DNA of 63,360 bases, counting the filler, from Atractiella rhizophila (Eukaryota): NCBI GenBank assembly GCA_021432655.1. It is 4 parts of 4 records of this genome, joined end to end, with 100 filler letters (N's around TTAATTAATTAA, not from the genome) between each part and the next. Parts side by side here need not be neighbours in the genome. Positions count along the whole stretch, not along the records: positions 36,218 to 54,149 come from MU271868.1; 3 more parts are not named here. The stretch is one strand, 5' to 3'. A model generated the notes under the pieces. That model did not search any database, was not told the origin of the DNA, and worked only from the letters and a program-made list of their open reading frames with translations. The position numbers and the translations under genes are program-made. Positions 36,218-47,907 of the stretch are shown in pieces. The stretch's first letter is position 1. The number at the start of each line of letters is the position of its first letter.

Positions 36218-38286
36218 ATCATATATCTCTTCTGCTATTTAGATAGAAGTAACGTATGTCTTCTGTCTGGAGATTTCTGAAGTGCTGACTTGGATTTCAG
36301 ATTGGGAATGCAAAAATTGCAGCTTCAGAGAAGCATCACAACCTGTTCGTTTTCTCCCTTCATCAAAATGGTGAGCTCAAGATTTCCTCGATCCCGGTGA
36401 AGGACGGCAGATCTGGGAATATCTGATCATCAGCTCAACGTAGCGTTGATGCTGTTCTTGTGTGTCCCCTTTCTCCACACTAGATATTTAGCGCTCACGA
36501 TTTCTTCACCACGCAGCTTGGGATACACACTTTTCGAGACACCTTCAAACATCATGTATGTCCCACATGGCTGTCACCCTGTCAAAAAGTGTGAACTGAC
36601 ACATTCTTGTTATTTCGGTTCAACCGATTGAAGGCTGAAGAAACTCCGTCCTTCCCGCTGGATTGCGATCCTATGTTTTACGTGGGGAGTACTTACGATG
36701 TGCTTGTGCGCCGTCTCCATCCTTCCGATGAGGAGCAATGACGTCTGCCCTATAGAGGGGCTGTTCAGGGCTACGCCAGTCTCGTTGTTGTCCGCTTTCT
36801 CCTTGGCGCCGTGGAAGCTGGTTTGTTTCCAGGATTGGTATACTAGTACGCTTCTTCCATTTAACGATATACAACCCTGATGCATGGATGGATAGTCTGA
36901 CTTTCTGGTATCGTCCGGAAGAGCGTTCTCTCCGCGCTGCTCTGATCCTTGCCTCCGCTACACTTGCTGGTGCTTTTGGGGGAGCTCTCGCGTACGGCAT
37001 TACAAAGTTAGATGATAAAGCAGGATTGCACGCTTGGCGGTTCGTCCTTTTATCCCCTCCCCTTCTCTTGAGCGGGTTCCAATTTGGGCGAGTAGATGGA
37101 TCTTTATCCTCGAAGGCATCCCCTCTTGTCCGTTTTTCTTTCAGCTGTTGAATTCTTCTTACCTGATTATTGATATGCTGATGACCAGGTCTTCTCGCTT
37201 TTATTGTCTGGTTCTGCCTCCCCGATTTTCCAGAAGGTGCAAAATGGCTCTCGACTGACGAGAAAGCGCTAAGCGCGGCGAGACTGGCTGGTCTGGATGG
37301 GAGCAAAGGCGGTGAGAAGGTGACGTGGGCAGAGACGAAAAGGGTGCTGTGTGAATGGAGGTTATACCTTCATTATGTAGGTCTTTGTGTTTAGGAGCCA
37401 GCTGGAACAGTCTTGACGATCGACAAACTGGGACAGCTGGCATACATTGGCATTTCTGCTCCATTCTCAAGCTTGAGCTTGTTTAGCCCTTCCATCAGTT
37501 AGTATCCAAATTCCCTTCGGTAGTTGCTTATACCTCTATTACCTAGTCAATGGATTGGGGTACACATCACTCCACGCAAACCTTTTCTCGTGCGTCCTCT
37601 GAGTCCTATTAAACTGCTTGAACTAATTATTTTTAAAGAGTACCACCATGTGTGTATTCGCCAACATTCCCCCTTTTGACAAATAATTGACGTTGGAAAA
37701 CTAGACGCGTTCGCGTACCCCATCACGCTCCTCACTGCGTTCTTGGGAGATCATTATAACCGGCGTGGTCTAGCATGCGCGATAACAGCTACGATAGCGG
37801 CGTTGGCTTTTGCATTGGAAGCATCCCTCCCTGGTAACAATTACACCGGACGTTACATGTGAGGCATCTTCTCTTTTGCATTCCCAATGCGGATACCAGG
37901 CTCATTTGATACGGTAGCGTCCTCTTCATGGCCGTGTCAGGAGCATTCGCCTGTATCCCACCTTTGCTGGGTTGGATTTCCACCAACTCTCGTGGTACGA
38001 CAGGAGCGACAATTGCTGTCCCCTTGAATGTGAGCTTTGGAGGATGTGGACAAATGATTGGTGTTTGGATTTACGTGTCCAAAGAGAAGCCTGCCTTCCC
38101 AACTGGAAACTGGGTGAACTTCGGGCAAGCACCTTTCACTGATCTTTACCAAACTAGTCACTCATTGGAACCTTCAGATTCCTTATCATGACAGCCATTG
38201 TCGCTTTGCTGCTACACTTCATATATCAGCAGAAGAATAGGAAGCTGGACAGGGAGGGAAGCAATGCTCCTCGATGGACGTTGTAG
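36218..38286 (+). CDS. MFS transporter, anion:cation symporter (allantoate/nicotinate permease-like), 5' end in gap
   Basis: YLFCYLDRS/NIGNAK, LFETPSN, LGAVEAGLFPG, FWYRPEERSLR, WRWIFILEGIP, LPDFPEGAKWL; many introns. Confidence 0.88.
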
Positions 38287-38569
38287 ATTAATGATATCAA
38301 GGTCCCTCAGACCGGCAACGAGAATTTTGATGATTCGCATGCATTTCACTTTGAGCGCAGCTACAGACAATTCCTGATAGGAAAATAAGGAAGGTGGAAA
38401 TCCAGAATAAAAAGCAGAGGAATGAAGGAGTCGAGGTGATACCTAAATAAGACACAGACTGAGCGAGCGACGGACAAAATATATCCCAATTTTTTCATTT
38501 GCACAAAACAGCTCATATGAGCCATCCAAAAATTCTCCATGCATCCTCATCGAAGTGCCAGTCCGTTGA

Positions 38570-41500
38570 TTAGAGGAATTTACCCCACAAGAAAGCAAAC
38601 GCCATCATTCCTAACATCAAAAAGACTTGTTGGCGGGTAAAATACAAATCCTTAGAGATGATGAGCATAGCATCTTCAGGGAGGGCTTTTTCGGTCACGC
38701 TGGTGGCGACTGAAGGGGGTCTGTAACCGCCGATAAGATTGGGAGTCTTCGGCATAACAGAGTTGCGATTATCAAGAGTCTCTACGTCCGAACGGGACGT
38801 AGAACGAGCGCGAGTAGATCCCGAGGATGTCTCGAGCCCTGAAGGGACAGATGAGGAGTCGGCGGCTGATTTAACAGGCAGAGGAGGCGGAAGAAACGAT
38901 TTCTCAAGCGGCGGTGACACTGGTTCTGGTGACGAGAAGTTCTGCGCAAATCATGAGAAAGGTCCACCAACGGACGAGACAAACTCATACCTCACGGCTG
39001 GTCACCTTAGGTGCAGCTTCAACTGAGCGTTTACCAGATTTCGAAGGCTTGGAATCGTTGGCACGAACCGACGTGTCAATTGTGCTTTCTACCTTCTGTC
39101 CATTAAAGGATGCGAACGAGGGACTGCGGCCTTCGCTGGAAGAGGAGACCATTAGCTTCACCTTCCCGTCTGAGAATGATGGATTCCAAGTTAGCTGCAC
39201 TACCCGTTGGAGACCCTTGACAATCGAGACGTCTGCGATGACATCCTCATTCGCCACCGAAATGTTAATACCACGAGGGTACATCCTTTGGCTCCACTGC
39301 AGTCGGCCGTTAGAGGCAACAATAGGAAAGGGATGTCGTGACGGACCTTGAGCCAGCATTTCTGATCCTTAGCCTCACCTCCCTCTGACTTCTCCGCTTG
39401 AAACCAAAGCTCTCCGTCCTCAACGTTCCCTCCATCGTCGGTAAGATTCCAGCCGCCTTCCTCCCATCGCACAAAATGTGGCGGATACCCATACTTATTA
39501 ATGCATTCATTGAGAGCCTTTGGGCGTTGAGCGATTGAGGTGGCAAGGACTTTGATGACAGCAGCGTTCAGGGATCGATCGGTGGGATCGTGATGGTTGG
39601 CGTGGACGACGCTGACACCTCCACCAGGGAGCGGTTCGAGTCTGAAACCTGAGAAGTGGACTTCATCGAAGGCTGTAGAGGACGCTCGTTTCGCTGGAAC
39701 GGAGCAAGATACGATATCAATGGCTCCATTCAGCGAATCGACATCACTTCGGTGGATGCCTCGGCGCAGATAGATGAAACGGTTGTCGAGATGAGGGAAC
39801 ACGCCTTTCCAGATTTCGGAGAGGACCTTATCCTCATCCGTCTGCCCCTTCACCAAAGCCGAGCTCACCCACTGCTGATCCCATACCCTTCTTGCGGCGT
39901 GGCTGAGGATGACTCCAAGCACACTCTCCGTGGAAATCTCCTCCTCTTCATCCTTCACAATCGATTCTCCCTTCACCATCGGCATCTTTCCATCCCCGCA
40001 GGACTTTGTCCAGATAGCTGACTCGCTCACATCGAAAGATTTCTTCCATCCAGCAGTCTTCAAGTCTATAGCAGCGCTAAACTTCTCCAAACCCTCAGTC
40101 ACTGGTCCTTCAGCTCCAGAAACAGAAGCAACAGGGAAAATTGTGAGGGCACGAGGAGTGGGAACCGGAAGAGCGCTCTCGGCTAGCGATGGAGCGATGT
40201 CTTCCTTCTTCCGACTGGCGCTGTCCCTTCTGGTCGACTTCCGTCTTTTTCTTTTCTCCTCTACCATATAAGATTCGTCCGAGATCACCTCTTGGTGCTC
40301 GATGGACTCTTGATGCTTAATCGAGCTGGAAACGGATGACTTCTTTTCCAGTTCGGTTCCTTCGGGAGCATCGTCCTCGCCTTCATAGTCAAGTTCATAA
40401 GTTGACTCGGTGAATGACGATCCATGCTTGTTGAAGTAGTTAATAATACGCGAAATGCACAGCGGACCTAAGAAAAATTCAGATACCGCTGACTCAGTTC
40501 GGTGCAGGGTAAATTGGGACCAACGTCTAGCAAGATACTTTGTCGTTATTAGGTTGGGCACAAAAGTCTTGACATCCACTTGTAAGTAGTAAAATATTTT
40601 GGTATAACCTTTCGGTTCTTGCTTCGCGTCTTTCCACGTTGGAGCCGGAGGGGGGACATGATCTTCCAGTACCCAACCGTTAAGGGAAATGGTGGCTCGA
40701 ATGCGTCCGCTGACCTTTGGAATTTGAGGGTGTTCGATAGAAGTGGTGCAAAAATAAATCGATCCATTGTCGGCGACTTCAACTCTTTCGACAAGAGACA
40801 GATCTCGGGTCCTAGATACCAGGTCAAAACGGAATTTTGAAGAGCAGAAATGCGTACTTGCTGCCCATAATACCTTTCATTACCATGTAAGTCAGGCTCG
40901 TCTGATCGTCCAAATTTTCGACCAAATTCCCTGATTCGTACCTAACCCGTCAGGCCATCATGTCAGAACTTTGAAATAAATGCACAAGGTCCAGGAACTA
41001 CACTGCATCTCAAACTTGTAAGCGGTTTCTTGAGAAGAATCTCTCCCGGTGTATACCTCTTCTTATTGGGTCAACAGGTCGCATTGCATGCGTTGAACGA
41101 TTGCAAAAAAGCATTGCGACTTGCAAGCTCAAAAACAAAATAGGATGACTTCATCTGTATAACTATACAAATCGGCGAACTGGAGGAGAGAGTTCAACTC
41201 CTATCAATCCGCCTCATCCCCTTTCATGCATTCCATAATAGAGACCGTCTACAGAGGGCCAGGCGGAAGCAGAAGAAGGAACAAGATTGAACTCGCAGGG
41301 CTGAACATGATCAGAATGCCTCCTACTCGTCATCTCTACTAATATACGCGTTTGTTCTGTGTAACTCCCTTTCTCTTCCCGCTCTTAAGAGTCACTTCGG
41401 TCGAGGGGTAGTGACATGCGGAAACGACGCAGAGTAAGAGCAGGCACCAGGTGGCATGTTCTCCCAGGTCAGAGAACACAAGACAGCCATTTCTCTTGTT

Positions 41501-42052
41501 GTCGAAACGGAAATGAAGGTGCAAGCGCTCCAGATTTAACAGAGCCTTCCGGCGAACTCCAGGAAATGTTTTCTCTCCCACAGGAAGTCAAAGTTAGAGT
41601 CGCAAGATAATTGTCGCATTCTCACTCTGACCGAACCCACGTTAGAAGAGAACACAGAGAGCCTAATTCGCGACCTCTCGTTTGACTCTTCACTTCTCTT
41701 CTGAGCCAGCCCGGTCTTTCAAGAATTTTAATATATCAATTCTCTTCGTCTTAGCTCTCACACTTCACAACATACAGCGCAACTACTCCATACTCAAACA
41801 GATTCCGGCGCAGAAAAGTGCGTACCATTCATCCCACTCCTCCCTCCTCCCGACCACCTCGAACGCTTCCTCCTTCATCACTCCCGCTATACCCACACCC
41901 CTATAAACCTTCTGTCCATCATAACTGCCAGTGTAAACCTGAACACCCGTCCTCTTATGTCCTCCGCTCTTTTTCCACGCTTCGGGGGGTAATGAATGGA
42001 GGGCAGACAGACGCTGAAGTGACGCAGCCGAAAGCGAGAGTGGGTTGGACAT
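38570..42052 (-). CDS. START/SRPBCC lipid-binding domain protein with C-terminal membrane anchor
   Basis: EEWDE|WYESGNLVENLDD, RDLSLVER, second START-like domain (ARRVWD, FSGFRLEPLPGGG), hydrophobic C-terminus. Confidence 0.75.
40942..41825 (-). ncRNA. 884-nt structured first intron of the START gene; candidate ncRNA
   Basis: GTACGC...TTAG splits the Trp codon in frame; 11-bp closing helix 41772-41782/40998-41008; several internal hairpins. Confidence 0.4.
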
Positions 42053-44156
42053 TACTTGACTATTTTGCTTCTTTCAACTTGGTCGTTTGATTATTATTTG
42101 AGAGTGGTGCTTTGCTGAGACGCTCAGCTATTGAAGGTGTGGGGTACGTAGCCGCTGATCTTTGCCGCGGCCGAAACCGAACCGACCTTCCCGCCCCAGT
42201 CTCCCCGCCCGCCTGGCTTTCACGCGAGTCCTTGCGTTCCCTTTCAAACCATAATTTGGGACCAACACCATTTCACGCTCGATGTCAAAGCGGCGACAAT
42301 GCTTTCAGGGTCCAATGGTCAAAGTTAGGAGATGGGATGGAGACGTGGAGGAGGTTGGGTGATACATAGTGGTAATGGAAAGATGGAAAGACAAGTGGGA
42401 CGAGCTCAATTGCGCGTAAGTCGCTCGTAATGTCGAGAATTCATAGGGAGATCGAGTGGATCACAGAGAATCTAGAGAGCAAGGTCATGATTATTGAATA
42501 AGTCACTCTTCGACAAATATTCCTATTCTAGGCTCAGGTGTTGTCCTTGTGTGATCCAATCACCAACACCGATAAGCAGCAGCATCCCTTTTGTTTGACA
42601 TGGCTATGAGAACTGTTTGAGATGCTTACTTCTCTGGATTTGTACTCTTCTAAAGTACACTTCAATCTCGCAGAAAGGCGTTATGCTCCGGGAGAGGAGA
42701 ACGCAAATTGGGCATACATGTTTCGTCCATTCACCCAGCAAAACTTCACTTTCCCAGCTCAACGTTGTTGGATGGAAGCCCACGCTTCCTCATCCTTCAC
42801 TTATGTTCAGTTCAATTCAATTCATACCAGATCAGCGAGACTTTCACACCGGTTGGTTGTGATAACGTTGAAACTTGGGTCGCCATAATAGGTGAATGAA
42901 TGAATAGACGGATTGTTTTACCTTGGCATCTGTTCATGCTACAAATGACCCAATCTCTGTAGGTATTACATGCCTCCTTCACTTCCTTTTAGGTGAATCC
43001 ATGGGTTAGGATACTTTTTCCAAAAATTGGTTGAGCTTAACCCAGTTCAAGAGCAGAGAATATGACCCGTTAGTAGATTGAGAACCTACATGAGGGTTTA
43101 CCCAGAGAGTTTGGAAACCTGACAGGACTTGGAAACTGTACCTGGAACTGAATTATCTAGCAACTGATCATGCCCAGAAGAAGGGACGTGTACCATCCGT
43201 GGGTAAGATGCTATAGAGAGAAGTGAGAAAAATTGGCTTGTGGAGTAAAATGAGTGCACAGAAGGGAGCAAGCGCAGACTTCAAGTGGAGTGCTACGAGG
43301 TGCTACTGTTGGTTCTTGTTTCGATTGGTAGTGGCAGGAGGCGAGAGAGGTCAAACGCTTTCCGGCGCTCAGGGTCAGTGCACCAAGAGCAGCAGGATGA
43401 GAATGATATGGGATAGAAATGAGTCAACTTGTTTGAAAGCTCAAGTAAGATTATATGCGTTTGAATAAGTCTAAGACTGTTTATGGGCCATGTCTACAGT
43501 GATAGTATACAGGTACCAGTAGCCTGAAAATCTCTTGAATGATGCGCACCCAATTTACACCTTGTTGGACAGTGAAGACGTCAAAGTGAGTTTGTTTCCC
43601 TCGAGCCAGAAGGCTGAGTGTGAACCTATTGACAACTCTAAGCTGGGCTGTAGGATAAACTCTCAACAGCTTCTAGCATTCGTACAAAACTCATCAAATA
43701 ATCCGTCTTCACGATCGACAACACGTATAGACGGACCGAACTAGTAGAGTTCTGTTTCAAGTAGACCACCCACGAGTGAGAAAGATATGGGGATAGGAAT
43801 GAGACAACTCACAGAGGTACAACGCAAATCGGAACTTAAGGTCGTCTTACTGAATTATTGAATGAATGGATGGATTGGGATTAACGTACGATCGTGCATC
43901 GGCTCGACAACTTTGGAGAAAGAGTACTGACGATCTCAATTGAGGAGTCGCATCGATTAATCGTCTCACCTTCAATAAATTTCAAGCTCAAGGTTCACAA
44001 TTTCGATCACATTTTTATGGCTCTCCCTTTAAAGGACCAAGGAAGCTTCCAGAGCTCTCATTCACAGTCTTGCTTGTTTTCTCTCTAGCCCGTCCCACTC
44101 TTTGCGCTCTTTCTGTCCCTCATTAGTTTACATACATTCTTTAACTTTTCTTCAGC

Positions 44157-47100
44157 ATGCTTAAACCCTCCGTTCTTCTCCCTCTTTTACTCCTTCCAGC
44201 ACAGGTACTCTCTTCTGCACTCGCTCCAGCGGTCAAGCGGTCCCATCAAGAGCACCATTCGGAACTGGACAAGCGTGGGTCTTTCTCTTCTCAATGATGT
44301 TGGGTTTGTTCACTAAGTGTCCCTCGCTATGCTGTAGGCGTAACACTCATTTCAGGCTGCGCTTTTGTCGATTCAATTCTCAATCTTAATATTTTGGGAT
44401 CTACGAGCATTAATGGAGGCATTTGTGTCTGTTTAAGTATCTCGCTTCCAGTATGTCTTCCTTTTGACCTGGACCGCTTGGGTCTGCAACTCACATATGT
44501 TCAGCCGGTACTCTCTCAGCCAACGCCTCCAAATTGTCGTCCTAACAACGTTGTCACCTGTTCAACTACTCCCACGTGCACTTGCAGGCCTGGATATGTC
44601 GCTGGAACAGGAGCGAATGCCGGAAATTGGTGTGCTTCCTTTGCCCTTTTCTCTGGTGACGAGATGGATGCTGACTTGATTCGGGTAGCGTCCCCAACAC
44701 CTGTATCCCCAATTCTCAGGTGACATGTACCCCAGGAGGAGACTGCTCCTGCACATGTAGTTCCGGATACACGCGTTCGTCTGCTCCCTTTTAATTAATC
44801 TTTGTGGCAATCATTAAGTTTCAACTTAGGTGACGCGGGATCCGGACTCTGTGTCCCCTCCACTTGTCCTGACATTAATCAAGCGATTACCTGCACTGGC
44901 CAGACGTGCTCCTGTTCAACAACTAGTTGTAAAACTGGTTTTACATTAGCAACGGTGGGTGCTTACGCGGCATTGCTGAGAGCGACAGGTACTGACTGAG
45001 CTTTCAGAGCGGTCCAAATGCTGAGAGATGGTAAATCCTTGCCCTCTCTGAGGACGGTCCGACCTCTTACTCAAAATCTTCCACAGCGTTCCGACGACCT
45101 GCATGCCGAACGGAGGCATCAGTTGCTCCCCCACCTCTTGCTCTTGCTCAGGTTGCGCTGCAGGTTATACCTGTGCGTCAACATTTCTCCTCCGAGTCAG
45201 AATTGGTAGCCTTATAGCTCTTGCCTCAGTGGATAACCAAGATCGTTGTGTCCCCAGCACCTGTCCAGATCTCAATGCCGCCATTACTTGTGACGTCAAT
45301 GGAAATTGTGTTTGCTCAACCACGCTTTGCAAATCTGGCTTTGTCCGTTCTACCGTACTGCTTCTCTTTACAAAAATTCATAGCAAGACTCAGCTGTTGA
45401 CTGACGGAGCAGGTTCCTGGCCCTACAAATGGACGTTGGTCAGTTCATCTTACTCTGCAACAGAAAATTATCCCTAACATCAAGAGCACAGCGTACCAAC
45501 GGATTGCACTCCTAATTCGCTTACCACCTGTCCTGCTGCAACTAATACCGCATGCGATTGTAATGCATGCGTTGAAGGCTTTAGTCGTAAATCTCATTTC
45601 TCTCTCACAACGTAAAGAAACCACTAAGGTGTCCTTTGGATAGGCGACGCCACTTCTGGCCTTTGTTTCCCAACCACTTGTGTCCCTAATCAGTCCATCG
45701 TTTGTGTAGCCGGAGAGTGCAGTTGTGCAGGTTGTAACCTTGGCTATACGTGTACGTTGATCCAACATTATCTCTGCTCCAAGCTAATTCAGACGAGTTG
45801 ACAGTAAATGAGATAACTGGATTCTGCGAACCCGTAACGTGTCCTGACATCAACCAAGCCATTGACTGCGATCTTTTGGGTAACTGCGTGTGCTCAGCTA
45901 CTCATTGCAAGCTCGGTTATGAGATATCTTCAGTCAGTTCTCTCCATCACCGCCTTAAAGGCTTAATATCCCAAACTCCCATCAGGCAAATGACGACACC
46001 CATGGAAGATGGTCAGACTTCGTAGATCTTTCTCTTCTTGACCCTGACTGTTGTTTCAGTGTTCCTGCCACCTGTCCTCCTAACTATGCGATCGAGTGTG
46101 ATCCCGACGCTTGCACGTGCGGCGACTGCAGATCAGGATACATTCATATGTTTTTCTTTTGTGGCTTACCATACTAACGCACTGCCAATCATGATGTAAA
46201 CAGAGGATCAGCTCTTGCGCTGCGTTCCCTCCAGTTGTCCTGACCAACATGCCACCATCGACTGTGATCTTTCTGGCCTTTGTGTCTGCTCGACTACCCA
46301 ATGTGAACCTGGATACGCGAAGTCTACTGTCAGTTTCTGTCTCGCCTTAGGGATTTAGTGTTACTCACGACCAGAACTGATAGGTTAATGATGAGACTTT
46401 TGCGTCATGGTGCGCCTGTCATCCAGGCTTTTTCATTCCACTCAATCTCGTCTAGTGTACCGACTAATTGTGAGCCGAATGTTGGAATTGATTGCGATCA
46501 TGGCGATTGCATCTGCTCTGGCTGCATCATCGGGTTTCACACTGCTGTCTTTGTGAGTTCCTCCTTACTCCAACTTCGATGACTGATTTGCTTCAGAACG
46601 ATATCAATGTCTGTATTCCGGACAATTGTGCCGACCAGCATGCCATTGTAGCTTGTAGTGGCACCGATTGTTCTTGTAGTGCCTGTGAAGACGGATATCA
46701 TTTAGAGGGGAATGGACTTTGGTTCATTTTTGCAGATTCTTCCTCTCTAAGTCGTCCGCTAACACCATCATCGGTTGCAGCATCCCGAACAGCTGCCCTG
46801 AGTTTCGTGAAGTAACTTGCGCCTTGACGAGCTGTGACTGTGCTTGCATCTCCCCAAGAGTAGACGATGGATTTGGGAACTGCGTCCTCTCCCCTTCAGC
46901 CCGTGCTCGACTCAGGCGAAAAGAAGACATTTTCTTAGGTCTACGGGAATATACCAACAGCACCAGCCTTTGTACTCGAGGCGAGACTGCCTGCCCCATC
47001 TCAGCGGCTCACTCTTCCGGATTCGAGTATGTGTTTCCTCTTTTTTCTCCAATCGTACTGATGGGATGTTCTCAGGTGCATTGACATTCGAACGCACGTC

Positions 47101-47268
47101 GAGTCCTGTGGAGGATGTGTTGCGATCGGAAAAGGCATGAACTGCCTCGACATCCCCGGCGTCCGAGGGGTTGGCTGCGACGGAGGTAAATGCAAAGTTT
47201 TTGGCTGTCAGAAAGGGTGGGAGCAGACATCAGTGAATACCTGCGCGCCTGCAGAGAAGTCAAGGTAG
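44157..47268 (+). CDS. Secreted Cys-rich repeat protein with C-terminal CPL1/PriA-like domain
   Basis: Signal peptide MLKPSVLLPLLLLPAQVLS, KR sites, ~13 Cys modules, C-terminal CTRGETACPI...ECIDIRTHVESCGGC...CLDIPGVRGVGCDGGKCKVFGC. Confidence 0.88.
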
Positions 47269-47907
47269 TTTTAGAATCTAATAGTCTGGAGCATCTTTGT
47301 TTTCGTCTTCCTCGTTTTGTTAGCAAGTCCCCATCATCCCCAGATACAGATAGGTTTCTATAGTTCTTGGTGGTACATTTGCTAGGTTTCGATTTGGTTG
47401 ACTGTCGAATGAGTTGGAATTATGATTGTTTTAGATAATATTCAGCAGCCTGAGGACTGTGCCATCCTTGCACTCACGAACTGGGTGGAATATGGCGTCG
47501 CACTGGATGTTCTCGTCGGAACAAAGTGTGCAAAATGCTGGCTAGTCGACGATCTGGATGTGGTGATGCAGGGATATGTAACTGCGCTGTGCAATTCCAG
47601 AGGAAGCTCTGTTCTTATGCTTCTATGTTCGGGGAGACCCAAGGAAGGAGCGGAGCTTCGTTTGCAACAATGTGTCTTAGATGTAGTGATTTACATGATT
47701 ATCCTCCTTTGCCATGACCTATGCAATCCTTGGGAGATATAGATGATTGCAAATACTATAGACTACCAACAATAGCCTATGTGTACAACAGGGCACTGAG
47801 CACTTAAAGAAATCACGACGAATAGCCTACTCCGAAGTTCCTGCAGCTGAGGTTTTATAACTGAGGTTTTGAAACAACGAAAAATACCGAACGATTTATA
47901 GGGGAAA

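Noticed and set aside
42622..42888. 88-aa ORF as a peptide precursor
   Set aside because: No signal peptide, repeats or CAAX end; cannot be supported as a gene.
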